This document shows positions 10,348-21,367 of a stretch of 64,000 nucleotides of DNA, in pieces. Position 1 is the first letter of the stretch. Each line of letters starts with the position of its first letter. Origin of the DNA: an uncultured Actinomycetes bacterium (GTDB lineage Bacteria > Actinomycetota > Geothermincolia > Fen-727 > JACVIW01); the NCBI GenBank assembly GCA_937127245.1, contig CAKZLU010000034.1, forward strand, positions 12,605 through 76,604, read 5' to 3'. A model generated the notes under the pieces. That model was given only the letters and a program-made list of their open reading frames with translations. It searched no databases and was not told the origin of the DNA. Made by a program: the position numbers and the translations under genes.

Positions 10348-10362
10348 CTTTCAAACCTCCAG

Positions 10363-10968
10363 TTAGGGCGCCTCTTTGCGCTCACGCACCATCTTCAAGA
10401 AGTACTGATGCACCCTGAGGTCGGGCGTAAGTTCAGGGTGAAACGCCGCCACTAAATAATTTCTATCTCTCGCCATGATTATACCTTCATCAATCCTTGC
10501 CATTACCCGAACTTCCGGACCCGCGCTTAATACCACCGGAGCTCTGATGAAAACCGCCCTGAAAGGCTCATTCTCCGATTCTATTCCGGAGATTATGATA
10601 TCCCTCTCGAAAGAGTCCACCTGCCTTCCGAATGCGTTTCTCTCGACCTCGATGTCAGCCAAACCGAGAATCGGGCCATGCTTGCCCCTGACGCGCTTAG
10701 CAAGAACAATCAGTCCCGTGCATGTGCCGAAAATCGGGACCCCCGAATTGCTGATTTCGGTAATGGGAGGAAAGAAGCCGTACTCCTCAAGAAGCCTGCC
10801 TATCGTGGTGCTTTCGCCACCAGGGATAATGAGCCCATCAATACCCGTAAGCCCGGAGGCTCTTTTGACCCCGATCCCCCGGGCTCCGCATTTTTCTATC
10901 ATTTCAAGGTGTTCGCTCACAGCTCCCTGCAGCGCGAGCACCCCTATAACCAAGCTATTACCATCCAC
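10363..10968 (-). CDS. pdxT: Pyridoxal 5'-phosphate synthase glutaminase subunit
   Basis: [37 protein letters not shown]. Confidence 0.97.
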   Translation of the reverse strand: MDGNSLVIGVLALQGAVSEHLEMIEKCGARGIGVKRASGLTGIDGLIIPGGESTTIGRLLEEYGFFPPITEISNSGVPIFGTCTGLIVLAKRVRGKHGPILGLADIEVERNAFGRQVDSFERDIIISGIESENEPFRAVFIRAPVVLSAGPEVRVMARIDEGIIMARDRNYLVAAFHPELTPDLRVHQYFLKMVRERKEAP

Positions 10969-11899
10969 GGAACTGTATCAACTGCTCCTTAGGTATCTCC
11001 GATATCTCAAGACCGCGCATTGGCTCGCCTATTCCGCGCGATACTTTCGCGATCAGGTCCGCGTCCTCATAGTGAGTGGTCGCATGCACGATAGCCCTCG
11101 CCCTCGCGGCTGGATTCTCGGATTTGAAGATGCCCGATCCCACGAAAACACCGTCAGCGCCAAGCTGCATCATAAGCGCCGCGTCAGCAGGCGTCGCTAT
11201 TCCTCCGGCTGAAAAATTTACGACCGGAAGCTTGCCTGTTTTCGCGACCTCGCAAACCAGGTCGTATGGTGCCCTGAGTTCTTTCGCGGCGCTCATCAAT
11301 TCCTCTTCCGGCAGCGTGGTAAGTCTTCTTATTTCGCTCATGATTGCTCTCATGTGACGGACAGCCTCAACAACGTTTCCGGTCCCGGCTTCTCCCTTGG
11401 TGCGGATCATCGCGGCTCCCTCTCCTATTCTCCTCAGAGCCTCGCCCAGGTTGGTCGCACCGCAAACGAAAGGCACCTTGAAGGCGTGCTTGTTTATATG
11501 ATGGCTCTCATCAGCGGGAGTCAAAACCTCACTTTCGTCAATGAAATCAACACCCAGCGCCTCGAGAACTTGGGCTTCGACAAAATGGCCGATCCTGACC
11601 TTTGCCATGACTGGAATCGTCACAGCCTTCATGATCGCCTCGATTACCGCGGGGTCCGCCATCCTAGCAACGCCTCCCGCGGCGCGAATGTCAGCCGGAA
11701 CTCTTTCAAGCGCCATTACCGCCACAGCGCCAGCGTCCTCAGCTATTTTTGCCTGCTCAACGGAGGTGACGTCCATTATCACGCCTCCTTTGAGCATTTC
11801 GGCAAGACCCCTCTTTACGCGTTCGGTTCCCTTTTCCAACTTGACCTCCGAACCATTTAGTTTTTGAGTTTGATTATCTTCAAGTTTCATATTAGACAA
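10958..11899 (-). CDS. pdxS: Pyridoxal 5'-phosphate synthase lyase subunit
   Basis: [48 protein letters not shown]. Confidence 0.98.
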   Translation of the reverse strand: MSNMKLEDNQTQKLNGSEVKLEKGTERVKRGLAEMLKGGVIMDVTSVEQAKIAEDAGAVAVMALERVPADIRAAGGVARMADPAVIEAIMKAVTIPVMAKVRIGHFVEAQVLEALGVDFIDESEVLTPADESHHINKHAFKVPFVCGATNLGEALRRIGEGAAMIRTKGEAGTGNVVEAVRHMRAIMSEIRRLTTLPEEELMSAAKELRAPYDLVCEVAKTGKLPVVNFSAGGIATPADAALMMQLGADGVFVGSGIFKSENPAARARAIVHATTHYEDADLIAKVSRGIGEPMRGLEISEIPKEQLIQFRGW

Positions 11900-11990
11900 T
11901 TGTCATTTTCCGGGCAACCGGGCAATTTCCCAGGTGCAATCTTAACTTCAGCCCGCGCGGAACGCGCATTCCCTCGACGAAGAGATTCAA

Positions 11991-13142
11991 TCAATCGAAA
12001 GTGGCTTGATACTGTGACCCGACAATCTCAACCCATACCGATCCCGGCTTTATCTTTATCACCTTTCCCGAATTATCCCTGAAAACCGTGTGGCTTGCTC
12101 TGGAAAGCTTTTCCCAGTTAGCGTCAAACATAAGTCCGCAGGTGAACACTTGCGCTCTTCCGGAACCCACAATTCCCAGATCAGGAGTCGTCGCCCCCCT
12201 GACATCTCGAAGGGAGGTCGCCCCCACGGTTACATACTGGATGATAACGGTCGATGCAGAAACTTGCTTTCCGGTATTCAGGTCGAGCTGGGGGGTACCT
12301 GAAACGAATCGCAAGAAATTGCCGTCAGCCGGATTGAAAGACCAGCGCACGTCGCAAGGCTTCTTATAAGGAACATATACGTTGTTTACCGCCACGGGTC
12401 CACCCTGCTCCTGTTCGCCTCCCGTCTGCGTTTGAGCATGAGCGCTTAGGAGCCTTTCCCGCTTTTTTGTGGCATCCTGTTGTTGTTTCTTGCTCATGAA
12501 GAGAAAAGCCGGTTTGTTCGTTCCGGTAAAAGGATAGGATGAAGCTCCCGCCTGTCTCAATCTCTCGGAAGCAGTATACAGATTGTAGGGAGCTCTCTTT
12601 GATTTTAACCGCCAGTACGCCCCGGTCCAGGTAAGTTCATCGAGATCGGCTATTCCCGAGACCTTGATGATTTCGAGAGTGCTCCGGGCGCCGCCGCAGT
12701 GGGCAAAAACGGGATAATAAGGAAAGGCGATGTCCACATCAGCGGGCCTTGCGCTTCTCACAGGACCTATTGTCTCGCAGTCACGGCACAGGTAAAGGGC
12801 GAGGAATCTCGTTATGCCCCCCTCGATTACCTCCTCGTAAACCACGCACGCCGAGGTGAGACCTGTCTGCGGGCGCGAGCCCGGGTCGTTGCCGATCTTG
12901 ACCGCAACGACCCTCCGGTCAATCGCGGACCTGTCACTGACCTTAGAGCCGCAAAGCGGGCAAACGATTTCTAAAGCGGTTTTACTCCTGGGTTTTGTTT
13001 GTTTTCTGGCGGTCTTGTGCTCGCATCCGCAACCCGATAAGACGAAAAGCAAGATTGAACAGAGGATTGCGGTCACAACCCACCGAAAACAAAGCACCGC
13101 AACTTTCTCTCCGCTTTTCGCATTAACTAAATCCATGAGCAT
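11991..13142 (-). CDS. DUF3048 (YerB-like) putative lipoprotein
   Basis: Hydrophobic N-terminus plus LSGC lipobox; VKIGND..SRPQTGL, EGGITRF, GPVRSAR, APYNLY, WVEIV. Confidence 0.82.
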   Translation of the reverse strand: MLMDLVNAKSGEKVAVLCFRWVVTAILCSILLFVLSGCGCEHKTARKQTKPRSKTALEIVCPLCGSKVSDRSAIDRRVVAVKIGNDPGSRPQTGLTSACVVYEEVIEGGITRFLALYLCRDCETIGPVRSARPADVDIAFPYYPVFAHCGGARSTLEIIKVSGIADLDELTWTGAYWRLKSKRAPYNLYTASERLRQAGASSYPFTGTNKPAFLFMSKKQQQDATKKRERLLSAHAQTQTGGEQEQGGPVAVNNVYVPYKKPCDVRWSFNPADGNFLRFVSGTPQLDLNTGKQVSASTVIIQYVTVGATSLRDVRGATTPDLGIVGSGRAQVFTCGLMFDANWEKLSRASHTVFRDNSGKVIKIKPGSVWVEIVGSQYQATFD

Positions 13143-13240
13143 CAGGTTATCTATTCAATTCTTGCCCATCTATGTCCTTCCGGAAATAGAAAACGATTCA
13201 GATCGTGCTGGGGATAAAAACTCGGGGAATCGGACCTTGC

Positions 13241-14188
13241 CTATCGCCATTCAACTGGCGAGTCACCCTCGGGTGCCACGGGCGTGAAGCCCTCGTACAT
13301 TTCCTCGAGCCTTCTTATTCTCTCCTCAATAGGGGGATGGGTGTCAAACAGGCTCGAGCGTTTTCTCTGCCCCTTTCGCCCGTAAAGAGGCTCAACGATA
13401 AACAGAGGCGCTGTGGCTTTGCTTGCGGTGCGAAGCGGCCTATTTTCATCTCTCAATTTCCTCAACGCGCTCGCAAGCCCGGGGGGATACCGAGTAAGAA
13501 GAGCCGAGTTAGCATCGGCAAGGAATTCTCTCCTCCTGCTCAAGGCAAGTCTTATTATCTGAGCTAAAATCGGCGCGATAATCGCGAGCACGATCCCCAT
13601 GACCGCGAGTATGATTCCAGCTCCTCCAGAATCTTCGCGATCATCGCTGAACCATATCAGTCGCAGGAAAATGTCCGAAAGAATCACAACGGTTCCCACA
13701 AGAACCATTGTCAGTGTCTGAAGAAGAATATCATAGTTCTTGATGTGTGAAATCTCGTGACCGATAACGCCCTCGAGTTCCTGATTGTTCATCCTTTCCA
13801 GAAGCCCCGTGGTAACTGCAATCGCGGAGTTTTCAGGATTCCTGCCGGTAGCGAATGCGTTCATAGCGGGGCTTTCGATTACGTATATGCGGGGGGTAGA
13901 TATCCCGGCTGCGATAGAGAGCGCCTCAACGGTGTTGCGGTACCTTATGAACTCGCCTTCCGCGACAGGTCTTGCCCCGGTAACCGCGAGAGCTATTTTA
14001 TCGCTCTGGTAATAACTTACAAGACTCATGATAAGGGCGATGATGAAAGCTATTATCAAACCGACATACCAGCCGCTGGGTCCCGCAAGCGCCCTTCCAA
14101 TAACATAACCAACCACAAGCACGAAGCAGACAAAGACAAAAACAAGAATGCCCGATTTCCACTTATTTGCGCTTATCTGCTCGTACAA
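13241..14188 (-). CDS. htpX: M48 zinc metalloprotease HtpX
   Basis: NAFATG, HEISH, SRRREFLAD, THPP; TTG at 14188 follows GGAGG; paired with lemA. Confidence 0.93.
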   Translation of the reverse strand: MYEQISANKWKSGILVFVFVCFVLVVGYVIGRALAGPSGWYVGLIIAFIIALIMSLVSYYQSDKIALAVTGARPVAEGEFIRYRNTVEALSIAAGISTPRIYVIESPAMNAFATGRNPENSAIAVTTGLLERMNNQELEGVIGHEISHIKNYDILLQTLTMVLVGTVVILSDIFLRLIWFSDDREDSGGAGIILAVMGIVLAIIAPILAQIIRLALSRRREFLADANSALLTRYPPGLASALRKLRDENRPLRTASKATAPLFIVEPLYGRKGQRKRSSLFDTHPPIEERIRRLEEMYEGFTPVAPEGDSPVEWR

Positions 14189-14301
14189 ACCAGAACCTCC
14201 TTTGCCAACGCAATCCAAAAGTGTTTGAGGAAATACCTCCCTGCTACAGGGGCCCGCGCTTGTTCATACTTCGCTCAATAAATAATCGCTTGACAAATAA
14301 T

Positions 14302-14330
14302 ATTATAAAAACAGCGTGAAATGATTGGCA
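14302..14330 (-). promoter_or_regulatory. Candidate sigma70 promoter for htpX
   Basis: ATGCCA-17 nt-TATAAT on the minus strand. Confidence 0.4.
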
Positions 14331-14456
14331 TGAGAGATAAGACTCGGCAAAATCCGCTAAAAAGGATTCGCTGTTGTTTGGTAACGAATAAAAATCTTCG
14401 GCCAAGAAAAGGGGCAGGCATTTAAGCGCCTCGAACGCTTCCCAGATTAAAATACC

Positions 14457-15017
14457 TTACGTGAAGCTTACTCTGGGAGCTTCCCTTGCCGCGGGCGTCT
14501 CCGGCTCAAAGTACTCGCGTTTCTCGGTAAATCCGAAAGCGCTCGCGATTATGTTCGCCGGGAATCGCTGCCTCGCGATGTCGTAAGCCATTACCGCGTC
14601 GTTGTAGAACTGCCGTGCGTAGGCAATCTTATTCTCGGTACCTGCGAGTTCCTCCTGAAGCGCCAAGAAATTTTCGTTGGCTTTCAGTTCGGGATAATTT
14701 TCAGCCACCGCGAAAAGGGTTTTCAGAGCCTCGCTCACCATCCCTTCGGCTTTCGCGTTTTCGCCTACGGTGCTCGCGCTCACCAGCGCCGCACGCGCTC
14801 TGGTAACCATTTCGAAGGTTTCCTTTTCATGAGCGGCGTAACCCTTTACCGTCTCAACCAGATTAGGTATCAGATCGGCCCTTCGGTTAAGCTGAACATC
14901 GATCTGATGCCAGGCGTTATCCACCCGATTCCTATAGCGAACAAGTTTATTGAACAGATAAATAATGTAGCCGATTAGAAGAACCGCCAAGATAATGATC
15001 AGCCACAACCACCACAT
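14457..15017 (-). CDS. lemA: LemA family protein
   Basis: N-terminal TM; [35 protein letters not shown]. Confidence 0.95.
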   Translation of the reverse strand: MWWLWLIIILAVLLIGYIIYLFNKLVRYRNRVDNAWHQIDVQLNRRADLIPNLVETVKGYAAHEKETFEMVTRARAALVSASTVGENAKAEGMVSEALKTLFAVAENYPELKANENFLALQEELAGTENKIAYARQFYNDAVMAYDIARQRFPANIIASAFGFTEKREYFEPETPAAREAPRVSFT

Positions 15018-15194
15018 TTCTCCTCCTCGCTTGAAAACCGTTAAGACATTTTAGCACATCAGGCCAAACATTGATATCGCGTTTTTTACCTCTGCCTATG
15101 TCCGCGGTGAAATGAAACAAAATCACGTTCTTTCCGAAAGGAGCGTAAGAAGCGACCTTCAAGAAATCCGCCCGCGCTGGCACAAGGATATCGC

Positions 15195-15833
15195 TTACGA
15201 GCGCATAATTGTTTTAATCCCGTTTATTCCGAAAAGAAAGGCAAAAATCATCACCATTGCCGAGCAGGCATACAACAGTCCGTGGTACAACTTCGTGCTA
15301 ATCCTTCCCCTTCCCTTCGAAACAAGAAACGAGACCACGGAATACCAGATGAGGTCTGCCATCACGTGCCCGCTTAAGAAAAAAGCCATTCCCACGAGAC
15401 CGTGTTTTAACGAAAGGAGAATGTATCTCGCGCCGATGGTGGCCCACCACACAATCCATCCTGGATTTGAGACGCTTGCCCATATACCGGCGAAGAAAGG
15501 TCCCCATCCAACTTCTTTCCTGGCGCTTAAGTCAATTTCAACTCCTTTCCTTATCTCAATGAATATCTTTAATGACAGCCAGGCAAGAAAAATCGCCCCG
15601 ACGACTCCGATAACGCCAACGGCAAGGTCGTTGTTTAAGAACTTGTTTAAACCGAGCGTGAAAACAACCGCGAGGATTAGTTCGGGCACAGCGTGACCAG
15701 CGACAATAACCGGACCGGCAAGAAAGCCCTTCTTGTAGGACTCGGCGACGGCAACGGAAAGAAGTGGCCCAGGCATCAGAGCGCCTGACAGACCGATCCC
15801 GAGAGATGAGAGGAAGATACCTATCAAAATCAT
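15195..15833 (-). CDS. LysE family translocator
   Basis: SGALMPGPL, GHAVPE, SNPGWIVWW; several hydrophobic segments. Confidence 0.85.
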   Translation of the reverse strand: MILIGIFLSSLGIGLSGALMPGPLLSVAVAESYKKGFLAGPVIVAGHAVPELILAVVFTLGLNKFLNNDLAVGVIGVVGAIFLAWLSLKIFIEIRKGVEIDLSARKEVGWGPFFAGIWASVSNPGWIVWWATIGARYILLSLKHGLVGMAFFLSGHVMADLIWYSVVSFLVSKGRGRISTKLYHGLLYACSAMVMIFAFLFGINGIKTIMRS

Positions 15834-16807
15834 TTAATCGAGGCGCACCCCCCGTATCTTTCAACAAGCCTTCGCATCCCGATTTCGATTTGCTCGATGA
15901 TGAATCTGTGGAAATCCGCATCCCTGGTGAACACGGAGGATATCTGTCCCTTCCCTTTCTCAGGCAGCAGCCGGTAATCACTAAGCGAATTGCCGTAAGC
16001 GTCCGTGATGATGCAACCCGCCTCCCGCGCTATCAGTGCCGCCGCGGCAAGGTCGTGGGGATAATTGTTGAGAACCGCGCCGCGCCCAAGCTTCAAAAAA
16101 AGCTCCATGACCGCCTCGCTTTCATCGGCCATCCTCTGTCCAACGTCAAGATAAAGGTCCAGTTCACCCATGACGACACGAACGATCGAAAACGTGGCGC
16201 TCCCCAGATCAAACAATCCACCGTTTACCGAAGTCATGTCTATCAAATCGCCGAGGACTATCACGAGCGGCTCCGCGGGTCTTCCTCTGAATCCCGTAGA
16301 CCAGAAAACGCTCGAGTAATCGTCAATTGGATGAAGCGCAGGCTCAATGGTCTTTCCGTCAACAAACGCCTGAAAGCCGCTCCCTTTCTCCGCCGTAAAA
16401 TGACGTCCGCTTTTTATCTCAGCCACCAGGGCGAACGCGACGTCACCAAGCGTAAGTTCAGCCTCTTTCCCGATTGAAAAGGGCGCTGCCGCCACCGATA
16501 CGCAGCAAGACTCCAGGCCCGCAACCGCTGGACGAGTCCCATCTATCGGGTCAATTACGAGCACGAAATCGGGTCTGCCCGAAACGGTAAGTCCACGATC
16601 CTCCGTGTAGAAAGCGATGTCGGTTAATTCTTCAAGAATGTTAACAACCACGACCTCAGCCACTTCGTCAATCCGAAAAGTGACATCGCCGGAGATTCCT
16701 TGCTTTTCGTATCCCCGCGCTGAAGGCTTCCCCATAAGGGGCCTAACGGCATTTCTCACTTCTTCGGCCAACTTCACGCTTATCGCCCGTGCTTCCTCAA
16801 TTCTCAT
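15830..16807 (-). CDS. Inositol monophosphatase/FBPase superfamily phosphatase
   Basis: IDEVAE, TED, VIDPIDGT, (H)DLAAAALIAREAG..ITD; ATG at 16807 follows GAGGT. Confidence 0.85.
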   Translation of the reverse strand: MRIEEARAISVKLAEEVRNAVRPLMGKPSARGYEKQGISGDVTFRIDEVAEVVVVNILEELTDIAFYTEDRGLTVSGRPDFVLVIDPIDGTRPAVAGLESCCVSVAAAPFSIGKEAELTLGDVAFALVAEIKSGRHFTAEKGSGFQAFVDGKTIEPALHPIDDYSSVFWSTGFRGRPAEPLVIVLGDLIDMTSVNGGLFDLGSATFSIVRVVMGELDLYLDVGQRMADESEAVMELFLKLGRGAVLNNYPHDLAAAALIAREAGCIITDAYGNSLSDYRLLPEKGKGQISSVFTRDADFHRFIIEQIEIGMRRLVERYGGCASIK

Positions 16808-16906
16808 CCGTGACCTCTTTTCAAGCGCCAAAAAGAGAAACAACTATAACAAATAAATCTTACGCGTTCCCACACCAATGAAAGGAGGTAGGGAATGGAC
16901 GGAAAC

Positions 16907-18007
16907 TTAACATTCCATGTAAATCTTTTCGACCCTGTCCGCGATTGAGCTCCACGAAAATCCCTGCGCCCCCTCAAGCCCGCGCCTTCCAAGTTCCACT
17001 CTCAGTTTCTCGTCGGTAAGAACATCAATAAGAGCGTGATAAAGGCTTTCTGCGTCACCTTTCTTGAAAAGAATGCCGCCCCCGGTTGCGTCGACCACCT
17101 CGCGGTAGCCGGGAATGTCGGAAACGACCACCGGGGTACCGCAAGCCATAGCCTCGAGCAGAACAAGACCGAAACTCTCGCCGCCCAAAGCTGGGGCGCA
17201 AAAGACGTCCGCCAAGCTGTAAAACACCCGCATCTCCTCATCCGGAAGAAAACCGGGGACGAAGAGCGAATCTTTTGGCAGGCTGTAGGTAGAGATGTAT
17301 TTTTCCTTCGAGTGCCCTTCGCCAACAATGACCAGCTTGCACGAGGGTATGTCCCCAAGCAACTTGCGGAAAGATTCAAGGAGCACCTGAAGCCCTTTTC
17401 TCGGCTCGCCCCTGCCCACAAACAAAATCAATGGGCAATTTTTTACCGGAAAAGAGTCCGGTCTTTTTTCGACCGGTTTGAAGAACGTCGTGTCAACCCC
17501 GTTAGGAACAATCTCATACTTCCCCGGAAAATACCTGCTCACGAGTTCTTTCGCGGCTTGAGAGACAGCGGTGCAGCAATCAATCCTTCCGCGCACACCT
17601 TTCAAAAAAGCCTGCACCAACCGGTAGAGAGCAAGTCCTCCCTCAGCTGAGGCGTGAAACGTCCCAACTGTCCTTGTGGAGGCATACAGGACCGCGGCAA
17701 CCGAAACAAGAGGAACAAAAGGCTCGTGAACGTGAACGACGTCGAATCCCCCTCCGAGAAGGATTCTCTTTGCGGACGAAAGGACACGCGGGGAAAGACA
17801 GATTCTTGCTATCGAACGGTTTGCCGGGATCGGAACTGAACTACCGGCTGATATGAATCGCGCGCCCTCCGGCACATCGCCAGTATCGGGGGCGAAAACG
17901 GTAACGCTGTGCCCTTTCCTGGTCATTTCCCGCGTAAGCCCTTTTATATGGTTATTCACTCCGCTCGGATGCCTCCATGAATACGGAGACACGTAAAGAA
18001 TTTTCAA
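16907..18007 (-). CDS. pimA: GT4 glycosyltransferase, phosphatidylinositol alpha-mannosyltransferase PimA-like
   Basis: SPYSW..PSGV, HVHEP, TFH, GRGEPRKG, GGESFGLVLLEAMA; follows pgsA and the acyltransferase as in mycobacteria. Confidence 0.8.
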   Translation of the reverse strand: MKILYVSPYSWRHPSGVNNHIKGLTREMTRKGHSVTVFAPDTGDVPEGARFISAGSSVPIPANRSIARICLSPRVLSSAKRILLGGGFDVVHVHEPFVPLVSVAAVLYASTRTVGTFHASAEGGLALYRLVQAFLKGVRGRIDCCTAVSQAAKELVSRYFPGKYEIVPNGVDTTFFKPVEKRPDSFPVKNCPLILFVGRGEPRKGLQVLLESFRKLLGDIPSCKLVIVGEGHSKEKYISTYSLPKDSLFVPGFLPDEEMRVFYSLADVFCAPALGGESFGLVLLEAMACGTPVVVSDIPGYREVVDATGGGILFKKGDAESLYHALIDVLTDEKLRVELGRRGLEGAQGFSWSSIADRVEKIYMEC

Positions 18008-18031
18008 TATTCCTCCAGCGAGATAGCTTTT

Positions 18032-18910
18032 TTAGCGCCTGTCGGAGGGCCATGCAGGCATAAACATGTGCCACTGGGCGGGGGCATCCCTTATCAGACC
18101 TTCAAGCCTGTTTGCGATAAGCTGCATCGTCTCTCTTATAACCTTATCCCTTTCACCAGAGTCTGAAACATAAATGGGCTCGGTGACGCGTCCAACCCAC
18201 CGAGTGGGGCCGAGATTCCTGACATTCACGCAAACAATGGGCGACCCGCTTTTCAGCGCAAGAACAGCGGGACCCGGAGGAAGGGTGGTCTTTTCGCCAA
18301 AAAAATTCACCTCAACTCCGGTACCCTTTAAATCCCTGTCGCAAAGCAGGGCAAGAATCTTTCCCGCTTTCAGCGCTCGAACCATGTTCTCCCGCGTTTC
18401 TTCCCTACTGTCGTACGGGAAAATTTCGATCCCCACTCCGGCCCTCAGCCTGACGAAGAAGTCAAAAAGTTCTGGAGGTTTGAGAACTTCGGCAACAGCC
18501 GCGAAGGGACCCAAGCTCGAAAGATATACCGCACCTGCCTCCCAGGAACCAAAATGAGGGAGCACAACTATCACGCCTTTGCCCGCCTTGACAATTTCAA
18601 TAAGCGGCTCCTCGTTTATCTTCGAAAAGCGTTCAAGTATGTATTCCCTTGACTGCGTGGGAAGCCACATTATGTCTATCCAGTACTCGGCGTAGTAGCG
18701 ACACGCAGACCTCGCGGTTCTCGCAACCACTCTTTCTGACGCATCGGGTCCAAGAGCCCTTCTCATGTTTTTCTTTATGATTCCTCTCTTTCGAGGGAAA
18801 AGGTAGTAATAAAGAGTGCCTGCTCCCCTGGCTATCTTTTTTGAAACGCTGATCGGAAGCCTCGCGATGATTTGTTCTGAAATGCGGAAAGCGTGGTATA
18901 CCAAACTCAA
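18032..18910 (-). CDS. Phosphatidylinositol mannoside acyltransferase (PatA-like, lipid A acyltransferase family)
   Basis: PHFGSWE, LLCDRDL..GVEVNFFG, GPA, PAQWHM; lies between pgsA and pimA. Confidence 0.85.
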   Translation of the reverse strand: MSLVYHAFRISEQIIARLPISVSKKIARGAGTLYYYLFPRKRGIIKKNMRRALGPDASERVVARTARSACRYYAEYWIDIMWLPTQSREYILERFSKINEEPLIEIVKAGKGVIVVLPHFGSWEAGAVYLSSLGPFAAVAEVLKPPELFDFFVRLRAGVGIEIFPYDSREETRENMVRALKAGKILALLCDRDLKGTGVEVNFFGEKTTLPPGPAVLALKSGSPIVCVNVRNLGPTRWVGRVTEPIYVSDSGERDKVIRETMQLIANRLEGLIRDAPAQWHMFMPAWPSDRR

Positions 18911-19579
18911 TCAGACCACCGTCCGGCCCTTCAACTGTCTCCACACTACGTAAATCCTCTCAACAATAGTCTCGACAACGAGCAGCGTGAGAACCCAAAT
19001 TGAAACCTTCAGTATCCATGGTGAAATCCCGTTGAAGAAAAGACCGGCGCCCAGAAGCAAAAAACGGGAAGCCCTCGCCATGAGCCCTGCCTTACATTCT
19101 ATGTCCAGAGACTCCGCCTTTGCCCTAACATAGCTTATAAGAAATGAGTTCACCAGCAACATGAGAGTAAAACCTATAAGCAAGCCATCAGAGCGTTTCA
19201 TAAAGTAAAGGATAAGACCAGTGTAAACAGCCGCATCACTTATTCGGTCGGAGAAAGAATCGAGAAAAGAGCCGAAAGCGCTTACAAGGTTGAGCTTTTT
19301 CGCCACGTAGCCATCAACTATGTCCAGCACCCCTGAGATTGCGAAGAAAGAGGCGCCCAAGGGGATGGAGCCCACAGCTATGAAGTAGCCTGAGGCAAGC
19401 GCGAAGGCGATGCCCACGCATGTGATTATGTTTGGGGAAAGCCCGAGCACCTCAAAAGGATAAAGAAATGGTTTGAAAAAGTAGTTTGAAAACCACCTCA
19501 AACCTTCCTCCATCTTTTCGCCCCGCCTCTGTGCAAGCGGGCGCTCCATGGTTTCCCCTCTATCGTTCTTACTTCCCAT
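18911..19579 (-). CDS. pgsA: CDP-alcohol phosphatidyltransferase (phosphatidylinositol-phosphate synthase type)
   Basis: SPNIIT, DIVDGYVAK..GSFLDSFSDRISD, SYVRAKAE. Confidence 0.85.
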   Translation of the reverse strand: MGSKNDRGETMERPLAQRRGEKMEEGLRWFSNYFFKPFLYPFEVLGLSPNIITCVGIAFALASGYFIAVGSIPLGASFFAISGVLDIVDGYVAKKLNLVSAFGSFLDSFSDRISDAAVYTGLILYFMKRSDGLLIGFTLMLLVNSFLISYVRAKAESLDIECKAGLMARASRFLLLGAGLFFNGISPWILKVSIWVLTLLVVETIVERIYVVWRQLKGRTVV

Positions 19580-19631
19580 ATCTCTTAAAAGTCATCCGCC
19601 AAACACTGAAGTGCTTGCCTTCCCGGCTTAA

Positions 19632-21341
19632 TCAAGGGACATTCTCTAAAACGTTGATTATCTTTTCACCAACGTCCATTGCCTCGAATTCTAATTTCTC
19701 CCCTGTGTATCTGACCTTCAAGTCAACCGTTTTCCTCTCCGAGGTTTTCTTTCCAACTATGACCTGAAGTGGAACCCCTATCAGGTCGGCATCATTGAAC
19801 TTCACGCCCGGGGATAATTCCCTTTCGTCAAGGAGAACGTCAAATCCCGCGTTCATCATTTTCTGATAGATTTCTCTTCCCATGTTTGACTGCTCATCAT
19901 TGTCCGGATTGAGCACTATTACCTCAATGTCAACCGGCGCGACCGCTTTTGGCCATTTTATGCCGTTTTCATCATGGTGCTGCTCCACAATTGTCGCAAG
20001 CATCCTCGAGGTCCCGATGCCGTATGTGCCCATGATGATGGGTTTTAGAATTCCATCAGCATCGGTAAACAGGGCATTTAAGGGTTTGGAGTATTTTTCA
20101 CCGAGTTTGAAGATGTGTCCTATTTCAATGCCACGCGCAATCGCGAGCTCCCCGCCGCATTCAACGCACCTGTCGCCCTCGGTCGCGAGCGCGATGTCCA
20201 CAAGGGGTTCCGCTTTGAAGTCCCTGCCTTCCTCCACCCCACGATAGTGGTAGTCGAACTTGTTCGCCCCACAGATGAGCCCCTTTGCCCCCTTCAACTC
20301 CTCGTCGAACAGCATCTTAACGCCAGAAAGCCCCACGGGGCCGACAAACCCGGCTGTGACCTGGGGGAACAACTCCCTTTCGTCCTCACGCATCTGATGG
20401 AAATTATCGGTTCCTAGTATCCGCGCGAGTTTTGCCTCGCTGAGTTCTCTGTAACCGGGCACGAAGGCGGCAATCAATTCATCCCCCGCCACATAGAGCA
20501 CGCACTTGATGACATTTTCGGAGCTTGAATCCAGAAATGAGGCTACTTCGCTCACAGAGACAAGACAAGGAGTATGGACCTCCTCGAGAGGCAGCGAGTT
20601 TTCCGTCCCGAATTTTTTTCCGGGCCGGTGCCTCTCGAGCTCAGAGTTCGCCCCGTAATCGCATTCCAGGCAGTGAACAACGATGTCCTCACCCACGCTT
20701 GAAAGAACCATGAACTCGTGAGAGATATCCCCTCCGATCAGTCCTGTTGGGGCCTCGACCACCCTTACATCAAGAGAACACCTTTTTGCGACCGCCACGT
20801 ATGCCTCGTACATTCTCCGGTAGGTATCATCAAGGTCCTCAAAAGAAGTGTGAAAACTGTATGCGTCTTTCATGCGGAACTCACGGCATCTTAAGAGCCC
20901 AAACCTCGGTCTTACCTCGTCCCTGTACTTCGTCTGGATCTGGTAAAGGTTTACGGGAAGGTCCCTGTAAGAAGGAGCGCTTCTTGAAACCGCAAGCGTA
21001 ACAAGCTCTTCCGCAGTGGGTCCGAGACAGAATTCCCTCCCTTGCCTGTCTTTCAGTCTCATCATCTCCGGTCCGTACTGAAACCACCTGCCGCTCTCCC
21101 GCCAGGCTTCAGCCGGGTGAAGGTTGGGCAGAACAATCTCGCAAGCGCCGGCGCGATTCATTTCATCCCTTACGATGTTCTCCACTTTCGCCAGCGCCGA
21201 ACTCCCAAGAGGGAGAAATGTGTAAATACCCGCGGCGACACTTCTCATCATCCCAGCCCTGATAAGCAATTCATGGCTTGCGATCTCGGCGTCTGCGGGC
21301 TTTTCCTTAAGAGTCGGAACCGTCACCTTTGAGAACTTCAA
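19632..21341 (-). CDS. proS: Proline--tRNA ligase (with insertion/editing domain)
   Basis: SHELLIRAG, LGPTAEE, QTKYRDEVRPRFG, EIGHIFKLG, YGIG. Confidence 0.97.
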   Translation of the reverse strand: MKFSKVTVPTLKEKPADAEIASHELLIRAGMMRSVAAGIYTFLPLGSSALAKVENIVRDEMNRAGACEIVLPNLHPAEAWRESGRWFQYGPEMMRLKDRQGREFCLGPTAEELVTLAVSRSAPSYRDLPVNLYQIQTKYRDEVRPRFGLLRCREFRMKDAYSFHTSFEDLDDTYRRMYEAYVAVAKRCSLDVRVVEAPTGLIGGDISHEFMVLSSVGEDIVVHCLECDYGANSELERHRPGKKFGTENSLPLEEVHTPCLVSVSEVASFLDSSSENVIKCVLYVAGDELIAAFVPGYRELSEAKLARILGTDNFHQMREDERELFPQVTAGFVGPVGLSGVKMLFDEELKGAKGLICGANKFDYHYRGVEEGRDFKAEPLVDIALATEGDRCVECGGELAIARGIEIGHIFKLGEKYSKPLNALFTDADGILKPIIMGTYGIGTSRMLATIVEQHHDENGIKWPKAVAPVDIEVIVLNPDNDEQSNMGREIYQKMMNAGFDVLLDERELSPGVKFNDADLIGVPLQVIVGKKTSERKTVDLKVRYTGEKLEFEAMDVGEKIINVLENVP

Positions 21342-21367
21342 GCGTCTTATCCTCCTTTTTTAGGTAA

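Noticed and set aside
14288-14315. dif-like site (CTTGACA..ATAAT..TTAT)
   Set aside because: Only a partial XerD arm, no XerC arm and the wrong spacing; better explained as an AT-rich promoter.
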